Source: a virus (Duplodnaviria; Caudoviricetes). From it: a DNA stretch of 39,761 nt. The position numbers were made by a program, and so were the translations under genes. Within the stretch, counting starts at the first letter, position 1; each line of letters begins with the position of its first letter. The notes beneath the pieces were generated by a model. That model saw only the letters and a list, made by a program, of their open reading frames with translations. It did no database searches and was not told the origin of the DNA. Positions 20,901-32,900 of this stretch are shown piece after piece. The DNA lies in IMG/VR virus record IMGVR_UViG_3300037567_000279, positions 1 through 39,761 of that record. One strand, given 5' to 3'.

Positions 20901-23900
20901 TCATCGCGTGCGAGGTTAATATCTTCAATGATGAACTGCTTTGCATCAAAGTCAATACTCTTGGCAGTTGCCGAAGAGTTAGTTTGACCAGTATACACGC
21001 CATATCTTTCCTGATTACTGATGATCAGAGGTAGTTCCATGCTCATACCGAACGAGATGTCAGTGGTAGCAGTAGGATAGGTAGAACCAGGAGTGAAGGT
21101 TGTAGTATAGTCTGAGGTACCTTTCTTAATAATGATGTTATCAATCCAACCCACAAATCCATTAGCATTTGTTAAGTCAGCACCCACCTTGAATGAACGT
21201 TCTAGATAGTTAGTATTATCAGTGAAGTCACCACCAACTTGTGTACCATTCACCCAAAGTTTGGTGATGTTTGTTGTTCTACTAACAGCGATATGATGCC
21301 AAGCGTTAGTGCCTAAGTTGTGAGCACCCGTAATCTGATCACTACTGTTCAGGTACCAAGAGATGTTACTGCCATTCATATACAGAACGGGAGATCCAAT
21401 CTCAGCAGCACCACTCGTGCGTGTATCCCAGAGATACTGCAAACCAGACAGGGTTGTAGGTCTGATCCACATCTCAATTGTGAAATCAGCAGTTCCAAAC
21501 TTCTGTACATCACTTAGTTCATGTGTCAGATAACCACCAGCATCAAGTCTCAAAGACTTAGATCCAGACTTCTTAATTAATCCCGTCAGGACTGCATTAT
21601 TGCTAGTCAATTTGGTGTTAGAAAGAATCTCTCTATCTTGGAAAGTACCTGTAACTGAATTGGTATACAACCACTTCAAACCAGAGTTTGCACCCTTTGC
21701 TGTGAATGTTGCACCAGATGTCAGACCCGTGATTGTATTACCAGGAATAAAGAATCCATTTCCACCAGGATCTTTATAGGATAGTTTATATACACGTAGG
21801 TTTTCATTGATCTGATAAGAACCATCACTAATGACTGCCAGGGCATTAACATTGTCCAATGTGCCAGAAGCAATAGTAGTTGATGCAAGTTCGATCAGGG
21901 TATTGATACCTGCCTGAACATCAGCACAGTTACCGATTGATTCGTTTCTACCAGAGTAGTAGTTAGGATCGTAGTATGCAGCAGCGCCACCACCACCTTG
22001 GAATACAGCGTTATCCTCAGCACTAATGAAGACGTGAGCATAACCACCACCCGTGGAGATAGAGTTGTTTGTAGAACTTACGAATGTGTGTGGATATTGG
22101 TCAGCAGTGGCAGCAGCACCAACGTTTATAGTAATAGTGGTTGCAGTAACCGCAGAGATTAGCAGATAAGAATTATTAGCAGGGTCAGAAGCACGAGGAT
22201 ATGTATGGTTTGAAGCATTAGCATCCATAGTGCAAGTGAAGGTCAAACTATCTTGTGCGATAGTAACGTTATCCCCGATGCTCAGTGAGTGAGAACCGAT
22301 GGTCAGTTCCATTGCACCAGTTGCAGGATTGTATGCAGCAGCAGTAGGTGTAAATTGTACTAATGCAGATGCACCAACGTTAACTTCAATGGTTGTAGCA
22401 GTTACAGCAGTGATATTCAGAAGTGTATCGAATGCAGGGTCTCCCGCACGAGGATAATCATGGAAAGTTGCATATCCATCAGAAGCACATGTAAACCGTA
22501 AGGAGTAAGGTCTAATCTTAATGCTGTCGCTGGTTGTCAGTGAGTGTGAACCGATCGTCAATGTCATGACGCCAGTACCAGCATTATATGCAGAAGCACT
22601 CACGTCAAACTCAGTTAGTTCAGATCCCGAAGAACCAAGATATGGACCAGCATATGTGGTCGGATCTTTCAGCATATAACCAGTCGCACTAGTTCTGGTG
22701 TTAACCTGAACATAGAGAAGGTTGTTAATTGCCTTACGACACATCTCACCTGCTTTTTTGAAAGCAGTAAGTGACTCAGCAGTCTCACCAACCAGACCAT
22801 TACTGATAGGTGTTCCAGCATTATCATAGTATTTCTTGATAAATTCGACGATTTGATAGTTACCATCACCTGCAATATCAGCAGCAAGAGCATCAATCAT
22901 AAGACCGATGTCGCGACGACACTTAGTTTCGTTTGTGCTATATGCGTTGGGTTGTGATAGATCAATCAGATCAGAAAGTGAACCTGCAAGCAGGACTTCG
23001 GATACGTTAGTAAAGAGAGTTGTGAGTGCAGATTGTACATCAGAACAATTTGTAGCACCATAGTTTATAGCATTGGAACCAGCAGTACCATAATTATTAC
23101 CAGGTGATGGGTCAGCAGTGATGCCAGTACCAGAAGAACCGCCAGCGGATCTCTCATCATACTTGACATAAGTTACACCATCAACAACTTCACTACCCGT
23201 GAGCATATTAGTCAGAGCATTCTTCATGTAGTTGAGTGCTTGCTCAAATGCATATTCAGTTGCTTGCTCTTCACCATCAATATACAGGAAGGTCAAACCA
23301 TCTGTACTGAAATATGATTGTAGAAGTAGACGTGTATAAACTGTACCACCTTGGAACATGTCCATAGACAGTGCTTCGATATACTTACCGATATCTCTCT
23401 TACACTTAGTAGAAGAAGGAATCACAAGTGCAGGATACTCAGTAACCATGTCAGCAAAAGACTTGGCAATGATATATTCTTTGTTATTAGTAATCAGACG
23501 ATAAGCATCTGCATATCTACTATACTGATCGGTGACGTTATCACCAGGATAGTAGAACGCAGGGTGCTCAACAGAAATCTCAGCATTAGCAAAGTCAATG
23601 ATCTCTTGTCTGTTGAACTCGATCATACGACCAGCATCTTTCCATCTGTTGAGGGAATCTGTTACTGGGTTGCCATATGTTACTTGGATAGAACGAAGTT
23701 TATCACCAACTGCCAATGTGCCGCCAGTGAGACCTTCATATTCAATCTCAGTAGAACGAACTTCTTCAAAGTCAAGGAAGTCGGCGTTAATACGATCAGC
23801 AGTGTCAAGAATTTCGACAGGGGTGATAGTAGTCTTAGAAACATCATCAAGGATTCGGTTCTGATTGGTCAGAGAGATCAAACGCTCGAAGATCATGCCG

Positions 23901-26900
23901 AAGAATGTAGAACCTCTGTTAATGATCAGTGTATCAACCACATCACCAATTCTTGCTTGTCCCAGGAGAGTTTCTGTTAACGCACCTAAAACTTCATTAC
24001 CATTAACATCATTTTCATACTTTTGTACAGTTTCCGAAACTTCTGTCTGTTCACCATCAGTAGGATCAATAGTATTTGGATCTAAGTTGAAGTTCTGTTC
24101 AGTCTTTTTCAAGTAGTACAGAATAGGTGGAGATGCTACATAATCAATTCTGACAACTTCACCTCTTGCACCAGAAGTCAAACCAAGGAATTGATCACCT
24201 TCTTGGAAAGATGCCCATTCGCCAGTAACACTAGAAGGACGTTCTACGTTTATACTAGTAATAGGATCTCTGTAAGGTGAGATCGTTGTAATACGACCAG
24301 CAATATTAGATGCAGCAGAATAGAAGATATCATTAAGAAGAAGGTTATATGCACCAGTCTCATACTCAGCAGTTCCTGAGGTCTTAGACAATACTAACTT
24401 ATCAGAGACGTTACCATCAAGGTCAAGGTTGGTTTCTTCAATAATAGCAGTATCGTTATCGAGACTAGTGAGAGATTCACCAAACTCGAAGATAGTCTTA
24501 TAGTTAACACTATCAACATTTAAGATGTTAGCGCCATAACCAGCAGCGAAGAATTGTACATCCTCCCCACGATCAAAGTATCCATTAGACATGTCTGTCA
24601 CTTGGATGCTCTGCTCAGTTAGGTCAATAGAGGTTATAGTTGCTCTTGCACCAGTTGTTTGGCCTGTTACAATATCTCCGATTAAAATTGTTCCGAATGT
24701 ACCACCAATACTCTGTAAGAACAGTTTAGTGAATGACTTATCGATAGTTCCAATAAGAGCACTAAATCCAGTTCTACCAACATCAACTCTCTCATTCAGA
24801 TCGAATGTTCCAGTTCCACCAGTAATGTCCACAACGTCGATGCTAGTTGCACCAGTTGCAACAACTCTTGCTGTTGACTGAGTTGTGAATCCATTAACTG
24901 TGTCACCAATTGATGGGAAGATACCAGCAATAGTATTCAGATTCAATCTGGTGATAGGCATAATATCAAAAGAGATATTCCTATAAACCACTTTGGAGTC
25001 AGGTCTAGGTGCTTCTGAGAACACAATAGATCCACCAACCACATTGTATGCATTACCTGGTGATTGGATAACACCATTCAATGTAACAAGAAGTTGATTC
25101 TCATTAACAATTACTTGTTGACCTTCAACTGTGATTGGGAATGCCTTAGTAATACCATCAAACTGAGAAGAAATAGTATCAATCTTCTTAACGATGGAAG
25201 TAAGAATTTCCTCAGAGTTGGTCAATCTCTTCTTACGGAAGAGGACTTCGGAGTTATTGAATGTTGAATAGATTGGTTGAGCAGCACCGAATGAGGTAAT
25301 CTCATTGACATTGGTATACTCATTGATGTTAACTTGCTTAGTGAAGTCAGCAGCAACCTTACGACCAGAAATATCCTTACCACCAGTCAGTTCTAACTGA
25401 CCGAACATACTGAAACCAACTGGGTGGTTGTTTTCTAGAATCTGATTCTTCCACTTGTTGATAGGAATCTGAGACTTAATGACATAGGAGAAGTTCTGAT
25501 AGAAGAACGAGTCTTGAATCTTCTGAACAATTTCAGAAGGTTTACCAACGTCATCAGTAAATCTACCAGCAGTTTTGGTGATAGCATCAATGTTAAGAAC
25601 GCCCTTAGCGATGTTCAGGTTGTCGATGACACCAGAAGCGCGAGAAATGATACCTTGAACTTTACCACCAACAACAAAGTTGCCCTCAGGATTAGTAACT
25701 TTAAGGATCTTAGGTTGAATCTGCCAACCATCATTTTTGGAAACAATACCAAATGCAGTTGCAGTTTCAAAAGTTTCGCCTTGGTAAACTTGCTCACCTT
25801 CCAAAAATCTGGAAGTTTCGACCACTGCTTCTGCTTGACCACCAAACACCTCGGTAAGAAGAACTTGACGACCATCACCTTGTGTCAAGAATGTGATGAA
25901 GTTACCAGACTCAGCATCAACTGGGGTCAGACCGAATCTAAGTTGATCAGATTCAAGACCATTTGCATCACCAGCAATAGCAAAGTAAGTTTGACTAGAA
26001 GACAAACTTGTCAGACCAACGCTACTAGGTTTTGGCAGAATGCCTGCCTGTGAACCGATGTTATCAGCACGGAACTGAACCTCAGCACCAGTGGTAATAC
26101 CATGTGGGAAGTTAAACTGCAAGTAGTTCAAGTCAAGGTTCACAACATATGTGAACTCAGATTTCAACGTAACAATAGGTTGTGAAGAGTAACCAGCACC
26201 AGGATTCTTAATCAGAATTTCAGACAGTCTATTGTTTTTAACAATTGCTTCTGCTTCTGCATTAACTCCACCACCACCAGAGATAAGAACAGCAGGTGCT
26301 GAGGTATAACCAGCACCAGGATTAGTGATCTTAATCTGTGAAAGAATTGAAGTATTGAACAGTTGTAGGTTGATTGGGAATGCAATCTCAGGACGCAGAG
26401 TATAGTCATGGGAGTAACCATAACCAAACTCATTGTTTTTCAGAGTCTTGATCTTACCAATCTGTGTACCTGTTAAGAATACAGCAGCACCAGTACCCTC
26501 GTCAGGGATGACAACTTGAATTGCACCACCAGAACCTGCAAGAGTTGCACCAAGAATTCCAGGGATAGCATCGATGTCAATACTACCTGTGGTATAACCT
26601 TTACCTGGATCAGTTAGTGCAACATCTGAAATAGCACCAGATCCTGTCTCTGGATCATTTTCGACGGTGATATTACACAAACCACCTTCACCATCTCCAA
26701 GAATTGCAATCTGAGTATATACACCAGGTGCATACTCAGTACCAGCAGCAGTGATACGTAGTTTCTCGATCTTACGATCAGAAGCAATATCAGAGATGAT
26801 TGGAAGTTTCTTATAGAATCCACCAGGTGAGATTAGTCGAATCGAGTTGATAGGACCGATTGCTTTGGTAGAAGTGGTCGAATAGATTGTATTAGGAACA

Positions 26901-29900
26901 TCTCTATCATTCAGACCAATTTCTGCATTAGTAAACTCAGGTTCGATGAGAAGTGGGAATCTAAACTCAGTATCTGAAATAACTTCGCTAATTTTAAATC
27001 TACCGTCGAATGGTGTTTTAATAACATCAATAAACGAGTTTGCACCAACAGGTGATGTTGAACCCACTCGTGATGGGTCAAAATAGTATGTAATGTTTGT
27101 AACTTCACCACCAATGGTAAACTTAACCACAGGAGTCTCTGTTAGCGAAGATAGTCCAGGAGTACCTTCACGCTCAATTACGTTAAAGGAATATTCTAGT
27201 TTGAACTGATTATCTTGTGCAAACGACAGATAGTAACCAAAGTTGGATACATCACTCATATCAAAGATATAGGAGTGATTTCTTACCAGAAGTAGAATTG
27301 GGTGCTTAGAAGCAATCTTAATTCTGGAAATAGCGTTTTGCTCAAATATAGGATCGGCAGTAGCAATTGCTCTCATTCTATAAGTGAAATCTCTGGAAGA
27401 GAAGACTTCTTTTACGAAGAATGAACCCTTAAACTCAGCAGTTGTAAATCCTTCAACAAAGAGGATGTCATTAGTATTAAAGTTGTGGGGAGAAAGTGCT
27501 GAACAATAAATGAGGTCTGTATTCGCCTCTGCTGTTCTAATAATGTCCTTATTCAGGTTTACAGTAACACGAATGGTCTTAACACTAGATAGTCCACTTA
27601 CTTCTGCAATTTTATTATTAGTGTCTGCCTTAGGACCAGCATTTACGCTATTACCCAATGAAACTACGTCACCAACAATAAAGTCAGAACCACTGAAAGT
27701 ATTCAGGATAGTTACTCTATAATCAAGAACATTAGTAGGACGGAACCTAGCGTAGTTATAAAGTGGATCATATGTACTAGTGTATGTCCATGTAACGGAA
27801 TTATCCGTCGCTGTTCCTGATGCATGGGTTGGTGCGGTTGTACCACTGGTGCCAGCAACTGTACAGGTATACTTGTTTCTTCCAAAGTATACAGTATCAT
27901 CAAGTGCATATGATCTGGTCTCTGCCCAAGGGACAGCATCAGTTGGAACAGGCCATGGATAGTCCAGAAGATCAACTTCAATATTTGGCGCATTACTAAT
28001 AAACTGCCAAACCACAGAACCATCAGTTACTGCACCGATAGTATGAGTAGGTGGTGTTACACCAGAGGTTGCATTGTTAGTTGCATAGTAAATCTTGTCA
28101 TCTGACCAAACTTGGTCGTTTGTGGAATATGCCTTACCTGATTCCCATGCAGTTTGTGGGCGAGTAACTTCAAACGAAATTTCATCAATAGTATTAACCT
28201 CAGAAATGTCATTTTGGAATAGATCGGTATTATTAAAGTTGCCGTAGATTTTACCCACTTTATAGGTAGTACCAACGCCAGGATTATCAATACTGCCAAC
28301 GGGAATATCAACAATCGTACCAAACGATTGAACAATGCCCTGAGCATTGATTTGTTGAAGAATTGAACCTTTCTCAAACTTGATATCCTGGTTAAATGTA
28401 AATTCCTTAACAGCATCAATCTTCTGATAACCAGCATCCCTAATATAGTATTTTGGAAGAACAACAGGGTCTAGAATCAGTTTTCTACCCAAAGGAGTAG
28501 GAATAGTAGATGTCTTAGTTTCGTAAGTAAATCTATCGCTTACAAAGTTATAAGTGCCAGGTGCTAGTGTTGATGTTACATCAGAGTAATCAAGAATCTG
28601 TAAACCAGAAGAACCAACTGTCCATGTTGTGATTACAGGGTTGGAAATCGTATTTACGTTGATACCCCCAGTACCAGAGTCAAGGTCTTCTATACGCAGG
28701 TTCTCGCCGCTTCTGGTGGCGCTGGTGGGGGTATATGTACCTCTCTTGCTATGCAGTCTATCAAACTTGATTAGTTCAACTCCACTGTCATTAGAAGTGA
28801 TTCTATATCTCTCGGTAGGTAATGTAAACGATGCAGTAGTGTATACCGCCTTAGGATCAACAATAAGATCGTCGATGTTACCAAGGAAGCAGTTAGCAGT
28901 AGCAGGAGTTGCCACCTCTGCACCCACATACAAATCGTTCAGTACAATACTCTCAGTAGTAGTTGTAGTGGCAACAATAACACCATCGAAGTAACATGAG
29001 TAAACATACGAACCCAAGGAAGGTTCTTCTTTAACGAATGCAATATGATGCCATGCATTATCAGATAACGCCGCCCAATAGGTAGAACCAACAGACCATA
29101 CTGTGGTAGTAGCAGCACCGTTAGGAGTTAGTTGTAATGCAATCTTACCGTAGTTAGCAAGACCAGAATTACCTTCAATTGTGAAACGAATGGTTCCGCC
29201 AGTGTCGGCAACTGCTGTAATCATCTCAACAGTAGCATTACTACCGTCATGTGCAGAATCCATCTGCACCCACATACCAACAGTCCAGTCAGTAGTGATA
29301 TTCAGATCTTGCCACTGTATACGGTTAAGAGCAGTGAAATCTAATGATCCAGAACCAAACTTATAGTCAGTAGTATCATGTGCAGCGTTAGCAGCATTCA
29401 AAACTGTGATTGTAGAAATATCTTGCTTAGTTGAGTCTTCTACTAAGTTAGCAGCATTCTCAAAGCGATGAACAACCGTCTGATCGGGATTTTGAGTATT
29501 GCAACTCAGAATCATGTCACCAGAGTTGTCAACAGCATGAGTATGTGTTGTAAATCCAATATCAGTAGCAGTCTTCCAAACATCAGACTGATTTAGCAGT
29601 GTTCCGTCATATTTGAAACTTGCAATGTTAGCAGTCAGGTTGTTATCTTCATATTTGATCTCTGTAACGACATTAACGTTACCAAAGATGTCAAGAGAGA
29701 TGCCTGCATGTTTGACGGACTCAAATGTGACTGTTGGTGCCATAATCCTGGCGAAGTCCCATACTGGACTTGCAACCACCAGTTTGATCTGTGACATTGC
29801 AATCTTGAAGAATGCAACACCATAATTCTTGGTGCCATTCCACATATCACATACAAAGAACAGATCATTGTACTCATCAAGCACAAACTGTGGATTTTGT

Positions 29901-32900
29901 ACGTCACCACCAGATATTGCAAGACGTTTGACATATGTGAATTCGATGTTTGCACCATCGTACTCCATTTCACCAAATAGCAGATCATTGTTATCTTTGT
30001 CAATACCAGCAAAGACAAGTTTATTATCACCGATATAACGCAGTTGATACATCTGCTCACCTTCGGAATCCGAGGCAAACTTACGCTTCTCAATCAAATC
30101 ACCAAAACTATTCAGTTGAATGATCCAAATATCATCAGGATCGGGTGAGTTAGTATCAGTCCAACCACAGATGTAAACACGTTGATCTGCATCTAGATAG
30201 ATGTCACCAGCATAGTCGCGACGGGTACCACCAGACACACCAGCAATTTCTTTCTGCCATCTAACAAGACCTTCGGGATTGTTAGCATTATCAAGACCAG
30301 ATTCATACTTGGCAACTAAAATATCAGGATTACGGTTTGCCGTTCCCTGAGACTCAGTTTCACCAATCAAATAGAGGAGATCATTCTCTTCACTAGTCTC
30401 ATCCAGATACATCTTCTTCCAACGTGCCACCTTAATAGATGTACTAGGAAGTAAAGTTCTATCCCAAACAATATTACCTAGGTCGTTAAACTTAGCAACG
30501 AATGCTGCTGATTCACCATTGGTCTTTGTGATTTCACCACAGATATACAAATTACGCTGTGCTGATACAACAGAATCGAAGATCTCAAACTTACAATCTG
30601 CACTTTCGGTAAATGCGGTGGACCAGTAATAAGTCTTCTTGAATCTCTGTGGATGAGAAACACGAATCTCGGGAGAATTATCTACATCATAATTGAAACC
30701 AGAGTTGATGATGTTAACAGTATCAACCTTACCAGTGGTTTTGTCTAATACAATATCAAGTTCAACGTCTTGTCCAGACGGTGTGATGATTTCATACGAT
30801 GGGGGAATAGACTCATTATAACCAATACCACTTTGTGATACAAGAATTGAGTCAATGCCTGTAACCACAGACATATAGAATCTCTTATTTGTATTCTCAG
30901 TGATAACCTTAGAACTAACGATGACCTCATCTTGTCCAATTAGTTCGTGGTCTGTTGATGTTGTGATTTTACCGTAGGGTATATCATTGATGACTTCCTT
31001 ACTATATGCAGCGATGCCAGCACCCTGAACAGACTCAACTTGTGCAGAGGCACCAAAACCATCCGTTCCAGTGTTATCGAAGAATAATGTATCATTAACT
31101 TGATAGGATACACCAGAATTTTCAATAACAAAACCATCGATCTGAGCATTCTCAAATTTCGTTGTTGTCTCAACTTCAATATCGACTCTGGATTCTGTCG
31201 ATACTCTTGGGAAATAATCATAGATTTGAAGAGCTGCTTCCTCTGTCATCACCTGATTAGTGGCGATCTCGGCAGGAGAAATGATACCATCATTATCTAT
31301 GTCAGCAGTTTCAAAGAGGATAAGATCCCCTTCCTTCTCGGTAACCAGTTGATCTGACTGTTGGTTGGGTTGACGATCAATATCGATGTCAACTTCTTCA
31401 TATGGATCTCTAAAACGAGACACATCCTGAGGGATGTTCTCTTGTGTTGCTCTCTGACTCAGGTTCCAGGTATCTACAATAGAGTTGAACTCAGGACCGA
31501 TGATGTAAGGGAATACTGGAAGACCTGCTTCTGATGCATCAATTGTGATGAAGTAGCAATATGTACCATCAGGATAATCAGGAGTCTTACAGAAACGACC
31601 ATTGTATGGGTCTAGATCGCCCTCTTGGAATGCATATTCGTAGTCATCAACAAACTGTCCAGCAGGATAGTCAGCAAGTGCAGGACCATCGATACGAGCA
31701 GGTGTTGGGTTTGTATCAATATCGTAAACTACATTAGTTTTCAGTCTATAAGAAGAGCGCATTCTTCTGATACCACCGTTTTGATCGGTAGGATCGATGT
31801 AACCATAAGGACCGTAGATTGGGTTACCATCAAACGACCAACCTAGAATAGGTGAGTGGGAGATAGCAGCACCAGTTTCAGTGCCTTCTTCTTTAAACGT
31901 ATTAGTTTCAGGATCAAGAACTACGTTGTCACCAACCACATAACGGAGTTCTTTGGGGTCGGAGACGTGTGCATACTCACCACCGTACTGGTTATTGAAA
32001 CCAGTAAATACATAACCACGAGCAATATCGTACTTAGTGGTGAGGTTATATTCTATGTTCTTATTCCATTGGAAAACGTTTGCATTGAATGTTGCAAGTT
32101 GTCCAACTGCTTCCATACGGACAGTAGTGTTACCCTGAGTATACCCAACACCTTTGTTAGTGATACTAATTGAGGTAACCTTACCTCTATCTTCACCAAG
32201 GGTGCCGATGACAGCAGTTGCCTTAGCACCGAAACCATCACCATTGATGAATACAGTAGGAGCAGTAGTATATCCATCGCCAGAGTTAATAATAGCAACC
32301 GATACAATACGACCATTGATCACAATGGGTTGTGCCAAAGCCCCTTCACCAGAGTTCAGTTTGAGTGTTGGTGTAGAAGTATATCCAGTGCCTCTGGATG
32401 TAATGTTAACACCAGAGATAGCACCACGAACCTGTGCAAGAGCAGTAGCACCCGATCCACCACCACCAGTAATAGAGATTGTAGGTTGTGCTGTATATCC
32501 TGTTCCAGGGTTACCAACCAAGACACGAGTTACCCGACCATTTGTCACAACTGCTTGTGCAGTAGCACCCGATCCACCACCACCAACGATCGAGATCAAA
32601 GGTTGTGTAGTATACCCAGTTCCTTGGGTGAGGACATCAACGGTATCCAAAGCACCATTAACAACTACTGTTGCAACAGCACCTGTTCCACCACCACCAG
32701 TAATTTCTAGTGTAGGTGTGGAACCAGCGTCATACGACTCGCCAACATTAGTAATATCGATGCCAGTGAGAGGACCGAAGGTTACAAACTCTTGATCCTT
32801 ATATCCCCATGCAGATACGCCATTAACCCAGGAACCAATTGGAGTATTTGGTGCTACCGTAGTTCTGGTTGATACTGTATTGACGCTTCTAGGGAATCTC

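Noticed and set aside
27050-27310. Cupredoxin-like segment in gp7 (PILLLVRNHSYIFD...TYYFDP)
   Set aside because: It resembles the fibre-tip domain in pattern but lacks the Cys/His/Met ligands, so it is not called a copper site.
32154-32795. 213-aa plus-strand ORF and many other plus-strand ORFs (e.g. 23351-23980, 25514-26053, 12211-12651, 68-388)
   Set aside because: Antisense shadows of minus-strand genes. The Pro/Val/Thr richness mirrors GGT/ACT codons, and there are no recognisable motifs or expression signals.
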